A DNA stretch of 32,000 nt from Vibrio vulnificus CMCP6 (lineage in GTDB: Bacteria > Pseudomonadota > Gammaproteobacteria > Enterobacterales > Vibrionaceae), in the NCBI RefSeq assembly GCF_000039765.1, contig NC_004459.3:1969126-2001125 (forward strand), written 5' to 3'. Below, piece by piece: positions 11,363-20,783 of this stretch. Both the position numbers and the translations under genes were made by a program. The first letter of the stretch is position 1; each line of letters opens with the position of its first letter. The notes under the pieces are model-generated. The model was not told where the DNA came from, made no database searches, and worked only from the letters and a program-made list of their open reading frames with translations.

Positions 11363-11388
11363 TACCCGGTCTTGTACCGGGTTTTTTC
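11363..11388 (+). terminator. Rho-independent terminator downstream of fabB
   Basis: ACCCGGT cttgt ACCGGGT followed by TTTTT. Confidence 0.85.
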
Positions 11389-11476
11389 TTTTTGTTTGTC
11401 GGTGAATGTGTTGAGATTTTTATGAAAAAGGGCACAATCACTGCAACTTTCCAATATGGATCTGGGATTTGCCACA

Positions 11477-12610
11477 ATGAAAATTCTTGTTGATGAAAAC
11501 ATGCCTTACGCCGAGACGCTGTTTAGCCAGCTTGGTGAAGTGATTTTGAAGCCGGGCCGCAGTTTGACGGCTGACGACTTGGTGGATATTGATGCACTGA
11601 TGATTCGCTCAGTGACGAAAGTGAACGCTGCATTGATCAGCAAAGCCAACAAACTGAAGTTTGTCGGTACCGCAACAGCGGGCATGGATCACGTTGACCA
11701 AGCGCTATTGAAAGAAAAGGGCATTTACTTTACTGCGGCTCCAGGTTGCAACAAAGTGGGTGTCGCTGAGTATGTCTTTAGTGTCATGATGGTACTGGCA
11801 CAGCAGCAAGGTTTTTCGGTTTTTGAACAAACCGTTGGCATAATTGGTGCTGGGCAAGTTGGCAGTTACTTACAGCAATGTTTGCAAGGCATCGGTATTA
11901 AAGTGCTGATCAATGACCCTTTTAAGCAAGAAGAAGGGGACGAACGTGAGTTCACCTCGCTGGATCGTTTGTTGCAAGAAGCGGATGTCATCACCTTACA
12001 CACGCCAATCACACGCGACGGTAAATATCCGACACATCACCTGATCAACGAAGAAATTCTAAACTCATTGCGTGCGGATCAAATTTTGATTAACGCTGCA
12101 CGTGGTCCTGTGGTCGATAATCAAGCGCTTAAGCGTCGTCTGCAACAAGCTGATGGCTTTATGGCGGCACTTGACGTGTTTGAATTTGAACCAGAGGTTG
12201 ATATGGAGCTACTGCCTCTGTTAGCATTCGCCACCCCTCACGTGGCAGGTTATGGCCTTGAGGGGAAAGCTCGCGGAACCACAATGATCTTCAATAGTTA
12301 TTGTGAGTTCATCGGTAATGAACTTCGTGCGCATGCCAGCGACCTCTTGCCAACTGCGCCTGTGCCAAAAGTGGTACTGGATCGCAAGTGGGATGAAGCA
12401 ACGCTCCATACCCTGACGCAATTGGTCTACGATGTGCGTAGAGATGACGCACAATTCCGACGTGAAATCGGTGCGCCAGGTGCGTTTGACCTAATGCGCA
12501 AAGAGTATTGGGATCGTCGTGAATACAGTGCAGTCACGCTAGTGGGAAGCGCGCAATGTCGTTTAAAACCACTAGCAAAACTAGGTTTTCAAGTTGAGGT
12601 AAGTCAATGA
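11477..12610 (+). CDS. pdxB: Erythronate-4-phosphate dehydrogenase PdxB
   Basis: [35 protein letters not shown]; [11 protein letters not shown] nucleotide-binding motif. The tracked ORF starts at 11456; ATG 11477 matches the family N-terminus. Confidence 0.95.
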   Translation: MKILVDENMPYAETLFSQLGEVILKPGRSLTADDLVDIDALMIRSVTKVNAALISKANKLKFVGTATAGMDHVDQALLKEKGIYFTAAPGCNKVGVAEYVFSVMMVLAQQQGFSVFEQTVGIIGAGQVGSYLQQCLQGIGIKVLINDPFKQEEGDEREFTSLDRLLQEADVITLHTPITRDGKYPTHHLINEEILNSLRADQILINAARGPVVDNQALKRRLQQADGFMAALDVFEFEPEVDMELLPLLAFATPHVAGYGLEGKARGTTMIFNSYCEFIGNELRAHASDLLPTAPVPKVVLDRKWDEATLHTLTQLVYDVRRDDAQFRREIGAPGAFDLMRKEYWDRREYSAVTLVGSAQCRLKPLAKLGFQVEVSQ

Positions 12611-13620
12611 GCCAACAATACAATGTTGCCATTCTAGGGGCGACCGGAGCGGTCGGTGAAACCATTCTTGAAGTGCTTCAAGAGCGCAAATTTCCTGTCG
12701 GTGAGTTGTACTTGCTAGCCAGTGAGCGCAGTGAAGGTAAGACTTACCGTTTCAACGGTAAAACAATTTACGTGCAAAATGTTGAAGAGTTTGACTGGTC
12801 GCAAGCGCACATTGGTCTGTTCTCTGCTGGCGGTGATCTTTCTGCGAAATGGGCGCCTATTGCAGCAGAGGCTGGTGTAGTCGTGATCGACAACACGTCA
12901 CATTTCCGTTATGAGTACGATATTCCATTGGTGGTTCCAGAAGTTAACCCAGAAGCCATTGCTGAATTCCGTAACCGCAATATCATTGCCAATCCTAACT
13001 GTTCAACCATCCAGATGCTGGTGGCACTTAAGCCAATCTACGATGCAGTAGGTATTGAGCGCATTAACGTTTGTACATATCAGTCGGTTTCTGGTGCGGG
13101 CAAGGCAGGTATTGATGAGCTAGCGGGACAAACCGCGAAACTCTTAAACGGTATTCCGGCGGAAAACAAACAGTTTTCTCAGCAAATTGCGTTTAACTGT
13201 ATTCCACAAATCGACAAATTCATGGATAACGGCTACACCAAAGAAGAGATGAAAATGGTGTGGGAAACGCAGAAAATCTTTAATGATGCGTCGATTACCG
13301 TTAACCCAACGTGCGTGCGCGTCCCGGTTTTCTATGGTCACGCTGAAGCGGTTCATATCGAAACGGGTTCACCGATTGATGCAGAAGAAGTGGTTCGTCT
13401 ACTGGAAGAAACCGAGGGCGTTGAAGTATTCCATGGTGAAGACTTCCCAACCCAAGTTCGCGATGCCGGTGGTAAAAACCATGTGATGGTTGGTCGCATC
13501 CGTAACGACATCAGCCATCACAGTGGCGTGAACTTGTGGATCGTGGCTGATAACGTGCGTAAAGGTGCCGCAACCAATGCTGTTCAAATCGCAGAAGTGC
13601 TGATTCGCGACTACTACTGA
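12607..13620 (+). CDS. asd: Aspartate-semialdehyde dehydrogenase (USG-1/Asd family) with catalytic Cys retained
   Basis: 337 aa; [26 protein letters not shown]; NPNCSTIQ active-site Cys; start overlaps the pdxB stop (ATGA). Confidence 0.92.
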   Translation: MSQQYNVAILGATGAVGETILEVLQERKFPVGELYLLASERSEGKTYRFNGKTIYVQNVEEFDWSQAHIGLFSAGGDLSAKWAPIAAEAGVVVIDNTSHFRYEYDIPLVVPEVNPEAIAEFRNRNIIANPNCSTIQMLVALKPIYDAVGIERINVCTYQSVSGAGKAGIDELAGQTAKLLNGIPAENKQFSQQIAFNCIPQIDKFMDNGYTKEEMKMVWETQKIFNDASITVNPTCVRVPVFYGHAEAVHIETGSPIDAEEVVRLLEETEGVEVFHGEDFPTQVRDAGGKNHVMVGRIRNDISHHSGVNLWIVADNVRKGAATNAVQIAEVLIRDYY

Positions 13621-13656
13621 TCTCGAAACACTCGGCTTCAAGCCTTAAGAATACTC

Positions 13657-13683
13657 AAGCCTCGCCATGTGCGAGGCTTTTTT
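13657..13683 (+). terminator. Rho-independent terminator after asd
   Basis: aagcctcgc catgt gcgaggctt plus T-run. Confidence 0.88.
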
Positions 13684-13833
13684 GTTCGATTAGAGAGCAA
13701 TTGTGTGAGATTAGTACGAATATCATGTCAGACCCACATTTTTTGGCTTAATTCCTATAGTTTTGCCGTGGTTATCCGATATATTTAACAGATCATGATT
13801 TAAATTATAACTAAGCACAGAGCTGAGCCTTCT

Positions 13834-16800
13834 ATGCGTCAAATTTTTAAGCGCCTGTTAGCCCCTTTATTGCTAATGACTGCGCTACCGACATCAGTTT
13901 CACAAGCGGACGGCATTCGATTAGTCGGTCCTACTGGTGAAGTGCAATCATCGCCAAGTTTTTCAGAACAAGTTGAGCGTGCCAACTCGCCACTGCCTGT
14001 TTCCGATGAACCTTCTCGTTTCTATGGCCCAACAAGTGCAAACGAAACCTTGTGGTCAATCGCCAGCAAATTACGCCCCGCAAATAACGTCTCGGTACAA
14101 CAAACTCTCTTAGCCATTTACCGATTAAACCCGCAGGCGTTTGAAAACCAAAATATTCACAGTTTAGTACCTGGTAGTACCTTGCGTGTGCCGTCGCTCG
14201 CTCAAGTGCGCAGCGCTTCAACCGAGCAAGCGGTTACGGTGATGAAAGCACATCAGGATAAGCTCAACGCGACTTCTCGTCCTATTGCGCCAACGCCAGT
14301 TACTCGCCCAGTCAAAGTGACGCCAGCGACACCAGCCCAAGCAGTGAGCGAAACGGTGAAGGTGGAGTCCCCAGTCGACACTACACCAGTGAAGGCACCA
14401 GATGTTCCTCAAGTGAAAACACTTGAGAAACAGCTCGAGATGTCTGAAAGCGAATTAACCGCGCTGGAAGAAAAGAACCACAATTTGCGTTTGATGTTGG
14501 CGGAAGTTCAGTCCGAAGTGGATGGATTGAAAACGGAGCTGGGTGATGAAAACCGTATTCGTTCCGAAGTTGAGAAGTTACTCGCGGAAGAAAAGGCGAA
14601 GCTTGAAGAACAGCAACGCATGCAACCATCGGCGTTTGATCAATTCTTATCAAATGGCTGGATGGTGGCTGCCGCTGCCCTGATTCCTGGGGCATTGATC
14701 GGCCTTTTGATTGTGATGCTACTGGGGCGCCGTAAAGAAGCGGAGCCAAGCGCAAGCGAAACACAAACTGAAGCGCCATTAACACCACCGCCAATGTCAG
14801 ATTCGGATCTGGACGATCTGACCGATGATCTCACCCTCGATGATGACCTCTTCAGCGACAGCGATGACAATAGCGAGTTGCTGTTTGATGACACTATGGG
14901 AGACGACGAAAACGACGTCTTTGGTGATCTTGACGACAGTGATCTCGATTTCAATCTTGAAGGCGAAGATGGTGAAGACCCATTTGCTAGCATCGGTGAT
15001 GACGGCGATCTGGATACTGACTTCGACGACTTTGACTCATCAAACAACGGCATCAGTGTTAAAGGTTCTGACAAAGCGCTGGGTCTTGAAGAGATGGAGC
15101 GTGCGCTGGATGAAGTTAGCCCAGAGCTAGAAATCACTGACGACGAAGAGAGTGACTTTGATCTTTCTGGTGAAAACGTCGGCATGTCAGAAGATGACTT
15201 AGCGGAATTGCTGGCGTCCGATGAACCGACGGAAGACCTAGGTGATTCAGCCCTTGACCAGTCAATGCTTGATGATCTGTTCTCCAACTTGGGTGACGAT
15301 GATGAAGTTGACGAATTTGATTTAGGTTTAGATGAAGATAGCGCGGCTGCACCAACTGAAAACAAACAGATGTCTGATGCAATGTCTGGAACGATGGCAT
15401 CAGATGAAGATATTGATCAGCTACTGGCCCAGTTTGATGAGCCAGTCATCGATGAATCAGAACTGGAAACGCAAAGCAGCCTAGACGAATTAGAGTCACT
15501 ATTGGAGTCTGGTGCTGACGACACGCAAGACGACTTATCCACCTCATTGTTAGATGAGATGTTGGAACAGGCTTCAGATGATGAAGTGAGCCTCGATCCT
15601 CTTGATGAGCTCGAAGCTCTGGCGGGTCTAACTGACGATGAGATTGAGGTATCGCCAACAGACACCGAGCTGCTTGATGAGCTACTCGAAGCGGACGAAG
15701 AAGAATCACTTGATGAATTTGATCCACTCAGTGAGTTAGAGGAGCTCGCGGCCTTTGGTCAAGATGAGGTTGTGCCTGAGCTGGATGAAAACAGCACCGA
15801 TCTGCTCGATGAATTACTTGAAAGCGCACCAGAGAGTGATGAGTCGCTTGAGTGGCCAGAAGAAGAGTTGGCAACGGCAGAGGAAAGCGATCTCTTTGAT
15901 GAACTGATTGGCTTAGATGAGAGCGACAAAGCTCAAGAGGACGATGCCGCTGAATCGTTCGATTTTGCCGCAGAGCTGGATGCTGCATTAGATTCATCAG
16001 AAGATTTTGTTGAACTGTCCGTTTCTGAACCTGCGATTGAAGAGGTGAGTGCGGAAGTTGACTCGGTAGACAACACAGCGATTGATGAGCTATTGGATGA
16101 CGTTCTCCCTCTTGAGGAAGCGTCACCTGAGCAAGATGAACTGACGGCAGAGGTCGAAGAACTTGTTGAGTCCATCGATAGCCCAATGGCTGACGATGAA
16201 TTTGAACCAACAGAATTCAATAGCAGCCATTTTGCTGAAGATTTGGCTAACGTTGCGCCGACGCTTGATCCACTGCTAGATGCATTCCCAGAGGATATTG
16301 AAGAAGTCAGCACCGCTGAAGCAGAACTGAATACCGATCCCCAGAACCTACAAGAGTCGCTGGACGATTCAACAGAATCACTGCTTGAAGAGGCGGCGCC
16401 GTCTGAGTCTGTCTTACCTACAGAGCTGCTTGCCGATCTGCCATTGGAAGAGGGGGAAAGTGGTGATGCCGATGACATCGATGCTCAAGATGACCAAGAT
16501 GATGATTGGTTGCAAGCCGCCATTGATGAGGTAGAAAGCCCACGTCAGTCAATCGATGAGTATGAGCCTACAACGCAGACGGAAACCGCAGAGCAAGAAC
16601 TGCTTTCTGACCATGAGATAGCGACAACGGCACCTGAGCTTGATGTTGAGGAATCACAAGAGCCACAGGAAGAAGACTGGCTACAAAGTGCGATTGATGA
16701 AGTTGAATCACCGCAGATTGATTCAGAGCTGCATGAGGTCGATTCAGATGAGCGCATTGCATCGACTTCTTTGGCGACAGAGGTTACTGAAGAAGCGTTA

Positions 16801-19689
16801 GATGGGCATCCTGATGACGCCATGCTTTCAGAGCTCGATGACACACAAGCTCAAGACGATGAGCTTGTGGATCTTATTGACGATATCGCAGAGCCTGTTT
16901 CGACTGACGCAGAAGCGTTGTTGGCGCAGGACATTGAGGATGCTCAAGAGCTTGAGGCAACTGCAACGGAGATGCCGTTAGAAGAGCCTGTTCATGAAAC
17001 GCCGACACCAAACGCAGTGCCAAATGAATTTGGTACTCCCGTCGAAGAAGATTGGGCAGAAGCAGAGACTCTTTTTGATGGTCTAGTAACCGACAGTGAA
17101 CTGCCACAAGCACAACAAGAAGAATCGCTAGCAGGATTAGCAGAGGCTGAATCGACGGCAGAACAGGACGACAGTCTCGACGACTTAGAACTGTTGGAAT
17201 TCGATGAAGAAGATGCACTGGAAGCCTTAGCTGATGAGTCTGCACAAGAAGCCAATGCGGTGCTCGGTGAAGATGCTATCGGCTTGGATGAGTTAGCGCT
17301 TAACGAGTTTGGCGAAGATGACGAGTTGGCTGTGCTAGCCGATGAGCCTGGTTTTGCGGAACCTTCGCTTGAGAGTGAGCTTGAAGACATTGATCTTGAC
17401 GAACTGGATTTCCCAGAGTTTGGTGAAGAAGAAGCGTTAGCCTCTCTTGAAGAGGAGCCGATGCTATCTGAGGTCGAATTGTCTGAGTCGGATTTGGCGA
17501 CGCCACCAATCGACGAAACTGAGCTACTGGAGCAAGCTGAAAGCGCGGTGACCGATCTCGGCAGCATTGAGTTTGATGAGAGTGAACTACCGGAGTTCGG
17601 TGAGGAAGATGCACTGTCTGCAATGGCAGATGGCCCTTCACTCGCAGATTTTGAATTAGATGAGCCCGTTGAAGAAGGTGAAATCGACCTTGCTGATGAG
17701 GTTGAGTTTGACGAACTCGAACTGCCAGAGTTTGGCGAAGACGAAGCACTGGCTGCGATGGCAGACGAGCCTTCTTACGACGCTCCGGTTGTGGAAGAGG
17801 AAGTGTTTGCGGCTGAAGAGCCAGCCGTTGAATCCGACATCACAAGTGACGACTCCGCGTTAGATGAAGTGCTTGAGCCAAGCGAAGTCGCAACTGACAA
17901 CGTAGAAAGTGCAGAAGAGCAAGCTCAAGCCGAAACAACGGACGATGTATTCGACTTTGACGAGCTAGAGCTGCCAGAGTTTGGCGAAGACGAAGCGCTG
18001 GCCGCAATGGCAGATGAGCCTTCTTACGACGCTCCGGTTGTGGAAGAGGAAGTGTTTGCGGCTGAAGAGCCAGCCGTTGAATCTGAAGTGACCAGCGAAG
18101 AATCTGCGTTAGATGACGTTCTTGAGCCAAGCGAAGTTGCAGATGACAACGTAGAAAGTGCAGAAGAGCAAGCTCAAGCCGAAACAACGGACGATGCGTT
18201 CGACTTTGACGAACTCGAATTGCCAGAGTTTGGTGAAGACGAAGCACTGGCCGCAATGGCAGACGAGCCTTCTTACGATGCCCCAGTTGTGGAAGAGGAC
18301 GCGTTTGCAACGGAAGAGCCAGCCGTCGAATCCGAAATCACAAGTGACGAGTCCGCGTTAGATGAAGTGCTTGAGCCAAGCGAAGCGGCAACTGACAACG
18401 TAGAAAGTGCAGAAGAGCAAGCTCAAGCCGAAACAACGGACGATGCGTTCGACTTTGACGAACTCGAATTGCCAGTGTTTGGCGAAGACGAAGCGCTGGT
18501 CGCAATGGCAGACGAGCCTTCTTACGATGCTCCGCTTGTAGAAGAGGAAGCGTTTGCGGCCGAAGAGCCAGCCGTTGAATCTGAAGTGACAAGCGAAGAA
18601 TCTGCGTTAGATGACGTTCTTGAGCCAAGCGAAGCGGCAACTGACAACGTAGAAAGTGCAGAAGAGCAAGTTCAAGCCGAAATAACGGACGATGCGTTCG
18701 ACGTTGACGAACTAGAATTGCCGGAGTTTGGCGAAGATGAGGCGGCAGAAGCGGTTGCCAGTGAGCCAAATATCGAACCTGACGCCGAGCCTGAAGCAGA
18801 ATCAGATGACTTTGAAATTGATGATATCGAACTGCCAGAATTTGGCGAAGAAGATGCCATTGTTTCGGTTGCAGAGGAGCTCGAGGAAGCGCCAATTACC
18901 TCCGAGCCAGAAGAGCAAGATTATCATTTTGACTCTTTAGAATTACCATCGATAGAAGAGAGTGGTGAGTTAAATACGGTTAACAAGCCGCATATCAATC
19001 CTTCTTCTTATGAAGAACAAGATGCTCTATTTGATGTTTTTGCTCAGGAAGCGGGCTTCAATATCGCAGAAGACGAGGTACTTCATTCTGAATTTGATGA
19101 AGCAGCGATGGCGGATCTGCTTTCTGAAGACGCTTTGGATGATAATTTCTTCCCAGAATCGCCCGATGATGAAATGGCTGCCAGTGCTGGTATGGACATT
19201 GAGGCGATGTTGGAAGTCGGCGGCGACGACTGGAATGGCTTTAAACTACCGGATAATCCATCAGCAGAAGTAACGAGTGATGTGCCTGCTGAAGAGCGCG
19301 AAATTTGGAGCTCAGAAGAGGCCCTCCGACAACCCAATATCGATGAGGAAAACTGGGCCGAACAAGACGACTTTGATCCGAAGAAAAACCAGTACATGAC
19401 GATTGACGAGCTCATGGCTCAAGTTGATGGTGATGAAGTGGAGTTCGAAGAGGAAGATCTCAAACTGGATGTCGGCCTGGATGAATTTCCTGACGTGATT
19501 GGGGACATTAGCAACGTGGATGTGGATGAAAACGCAGAAGCGTCGGGTAAATTGGATCTGGCAAAAATTTATATCGAAATGAACGATGCAGAAGGGGCAA
19601 TCAAACTGCTCGAAGAAGCGATTGTTTATGGTGATGATGATGTTCGCCGTGAAGCGAAGAATCTCATTGATATGATTAACGGCCGTTAG
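13834..19689 (+). CDS. hubP: FimV/HubP-type polar landmark protein: signal peptide, LysM-like periplasmic region, single TM, very long acidic repeat-rich cytoplasmic region, conserved C-terminal FimV/TPR-like domain
   Basis: 1951 aa; FYGPTSANETLWSIASKLRP...NIHSLVPGSTLRVPS (FimV N-terminal/LysM-like), coiled region, TM GWMVAAAALIPGALIGLLIVMLLGRR, Asp/Glu-rich repeats, C-terminal KLDLAKIYIEMNDAEGAIKLLEEAIVYGDDDVRREAKNLIDMINGR. Located between asd/usg and truA. Confidence 0.93.
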   Translation: MRQIFKRLLAPLLLMTALPTSVSQADGIRLVGPTGEVQSSPSFSEQVERANSPLPVSDEPSRFYGPTSANETLWSIASKLRPANNVSVQQTLLAIYRLNPQAFENQNIHSLVPGSTLRVPSLAQVRSASTEQAVTVMKAHQDKLNATSRPIAPTPVTRPVKVTPATPAQAVSETVKVESPVDTTPVKAPDVPQVKTLEKQLEMSESELTALEEKNHNLRLMLAEVQSEVDGLKTELGDENRIRSEVEKLLAEEKAKLEEQQRMQPSAFDQFLSNGWMVAAAALIPGALIGLLIVMLLGRRKEAEPSASETQTEAPLTPPPMSDSDLDDLTDDLTLDDDLFSDSDDNSELLFDDTMGDDENDVFGDLDDSDLDFNLEGEDGEDPFASIGDDGDLDTDFDDFDSSNNGISVKGSDKALGLEEMERALDEVSPELEITDDEESDFDLSGENVGMSEDDLAELLASDEPTEDLGDSALDQSMLDDLFSNLGDDDEVDEFDLGLDEDSAAAPTENKQMSDAMSGTMASDEDIDQLLAQFDEPVIDESELETQSSLDELESLLESGADDTQDDLSTSLLDEMLEQASDDEVSLDPLDELEALAGLTDDEIEVSPTDTELLDELLEADEEESLDEFDPLSELEELAAFGQDEVVPELDENSTDLLDELLESAPESDESLEWPEEELATAEESDLFDELIGLDESDKAQEDDAAESFDFAAELDAALDSSEDFVELSVSEPAIEEVSAEVDSVDNTAIDELLDDVLPLEEASPEQDELTAEVEELVESIDSPMADDEFEPTEFNSSHFAEDLANVAPTLDPLLDAFPEDIEEVSTAEAELNTDPQNLQESLDDSTESLLEEAAPSESVLPTELLADLPLEEGESGDADDIDAQDDQDDDWLQAAIDEVESPRQSIDEYEPTTQTETAEQELLSDHEIATTAPELDVEESQEPQEEDWLQSAIDEVESPQIDSELHEVDSDERIASTSLATEVTEEALDGHPDDAMLSELDDTQAQDDELVDLIDDIAEPVSTDAEALLAQDIEDAQELEATATEMPLEEPVHETPTPNAVPNEFGTPVEEDWAEAETLFDGLVTDSELPQAQQEESLAGLAEAESTAEQDDSLDDLELLEFDEEDALEALADESAQEANAVLGEDAIGLDELALNEFGEDDELAVLADEPGFAEPSLESELEDIDLDELDFPEFGEEEALASLEEEPMLSEVELSESDLATPPIDETELLEQAESAVTDLGSIEFDESELPEFGEEDALSAMADGPSLADFELDEPVEEGEIDLADEVEFDELELPEFGEDEALAAMADEPSYDAPVVEEEVFAAEEPAVESDITSDDSALDEVLEPSEVATDNVESAEEQAQAETTDDVFDFDELELPEFGEDEALAAMADEPSYDAPVVEEEVFAAEEPAVESEVTSEESALDDVLEPSEVADDNVESAEEQAQAETTDDAFDFDELELPEFGEDEALAAMADEPSYDAPVVEEDAFATEEPAVESEITSDESALDEVLEPSEAATDNVESAEEQAQAETTDDAFDFDELELPVFGEDEALVAMADEPSYDAPLVEEEAFAAEEPAVESEVTSEESALDDVLEPSEAATDNVESAEEQVQAEITDDAFDVDELELPEFGEDEAAEAVASEPNIEPDAEPEAESDDFEIDDIELPEFGEEDAIVSVAEELEEAPITSEPEEQDYHFDSLELPSIEESGELNTVNKPHINPSSYEEQDALFDVFAQEAGFNIAEDEVLHSEFDEAAMADLLSEDALDDNFFPESPDDEMAASAGMDIEAMLEVGGDDWNGFKLPDNPSAEVTSDVPAEEREIWSSEEALRQPNIDEENWAEQDDFDPKKNQYMTIDELMAQVDGDEVEFEEEDLKLDVGLDEFPDVIGDISNVDVDENAEASGKLDLAKIYIEMNDAEGAIKLLEEAIVYGDDDVRREAKNLIDMINGR
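17731..18726 (+). repeat. Four tandem in-frame 249-bp (83-aa) repeats inside fimV/hubP, with partial flanking homology on both sides
   Basis: The anchor TTTGG(C/T)GAAG after GAACT(C/A)GA(A/G)(C/T)TGCC(A/G)G(A/T)G starts at 17731, 17980, 18229, 18478 and 18727, exactly 249 bp apart. Unit: FGEDEALAAMADEPSYDAPVVEEEVFAAEEPAVESEVTSEESALDDVLEPSEVADDNVESAEEQAQAETTDDAFDFDELELPE. Confidence 0.97.
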
Positions 19690-19708
19690 TTTCAGTTCTT
19701 AAGTAACA

Positions 19709-19736
19709 AGGGGCAGCTTTCGCTGCCCCTGTTTTA
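19709..19736 (+). terminator. Rho-independent terminator after fimV/hubP
   Basis: aggggcagc tttc gctgcccct gtttt. Confidence 0.88.
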
Positions 19737-19814
19737 TCGCTCGAGGCTTGAGGATTAGAAATTCCAGCCACAACCGTTTATACTTCCCGCCCCAAATTCA
19801 AATCGAAGGTTATC

Positions 19815-20609
19815 ATGAGAATTGCATTAGGCATCGAATACAATGGCACTGACTATTTCGGTTGGCAGCGTCAACGCGAAGTCGCCAGTGTTCAAGAAAA
19901 GCTGGAGAAGGCGCTGTCGAAAGTGGCTAACCACCCAGTAGAAGTACAATGTGCAGGTCGCACCGATGCTGGGGTTCACGGTACTGGGCAAGTGGTTCAC
20001 TTCGATACCAATGTTGAGCGTAAAATGGTTGCTTGGACCATGGGGGCCAATGCGAACTTACCCAAAGACATCGCAGTACGTTGGGCGAAAGCAGTACCAG
20101 ATGAGTTCCATGCGCGTTTTTCAGCAACCGCACGCCGCTACCGCTATATCATTTTTAACCATGCATTGCGTCCCGGCATTTTGGGCTCCGGTGTAAGCCA
20201 TTATCATGGCGAGCTTGATGAGAAGAAAATGCATGAGGCGGGACAATATTTGTTGGGCGAAAATGACTTCACCTCGTTTCGCGCGGTGCAATGTCAATCG
20301 CTCAGTCCATTTCGCAATATGATCCATTTGAATGTGACACGTCACGGACACTATGTGGTGATCGACATTAAAGCCAATGCCTTTGTACACCACATGGTGC
20401 GCAACATTACGGGCAGCTTAATTATGGTCGGCCGTGGTGAGCAAGATCCAGAGTGGATCAAATGGTTGCTAGAAGCGAAAGATCGTAAGCTCGCCGGCCC
20501 GACGGCCAAAGCCGAAGGTTTGTATCTCGTCGATGTGGACTACCCTGAAGAGTTCGATTTACCTCGCGAGTCGATCGGTCCGTTGTTTTTGCCCGATAAT
20601 TTGAACTAA
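19815..20609 (+). CDS. truA: tRNA pseudouridine(38-40) synthase TruA
   Basis: 264 aa; [20 protein letters not shown]; catalytic [17 protein letters not shown]. Confidence 0.97.
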   Translation: MRIALGIEYNGTDYFGWQRQREVASVQEKLEKALSKVANHPVEVQCAGRTDAGVHGTGQVVHFDTNVERKMVAWTMGANANLPKDIAVRWAKAVPDEFHARFSATARRYRYIIFNHALRPGILGSGVSHYHGELDEKKMHEAGQYLLGENDFTSFRAVQCQSLSPFRNMIHLNVTRHGHYVVIDIKANAFVHHMVRNITGSLIMVGRGEQDPEWIKWLLEAKDRKLAGPTAKAEGLYLVDVDYPEEFDLPRESIGPLFLPDNLN

Positions 20610-20783
20610 TCGAGAGATTCAGATTCAAAAAAATGAGTAACTTAGCGTGCGACTTTGACTGAAAAAATAGGTACAACCAGTTTTTTATCTACAGTTGTCG
20701 TTATATGTGGTTTAATCCACACGCGTAAATTCGAATTTTTGTCTTTCGCTATGGAGCGGAAGCGTTGAGAGAAAAGGTCTTCC

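Noticed and set aside
15933-17567. Serine-rich minus-strand ORFs (160, 182, 192 aa) resembling surface Ser-rich proteins
   Set aside because: The poly-Ser runs are simply the complement of in-frame Asp/Glu codons of FimV; not independent genes.
18158-18361. Two near-identical plus-strand out-of-frame ORFs (17660-17863 and 18158-18361)
   Set aside because: They are separated by 498 bp, so their similarity is the FimV repeat read in another frame; useful only as evidence for the 498-bp periodicity.
14218-18895. Numerous long minus-strand ORFs (Ser/Leu/His/Arg-rich) opposite the fimV/hubP gene
   Set aside because: They are antisense shadows of the Asp/Glu-rich codon repeats (GAT/GAA/GAC/GAG), are low-complexity, have no recognisable domain or SD, and the plus-strand FimV frame fully explains the region.
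20700-20725. tgtgg-tttaat-ccaca inverted repeat upstream of accD
   Set aside because: Short 5-bp arms around an AT-rich core that may be a -10 region; could easily occur by chance.
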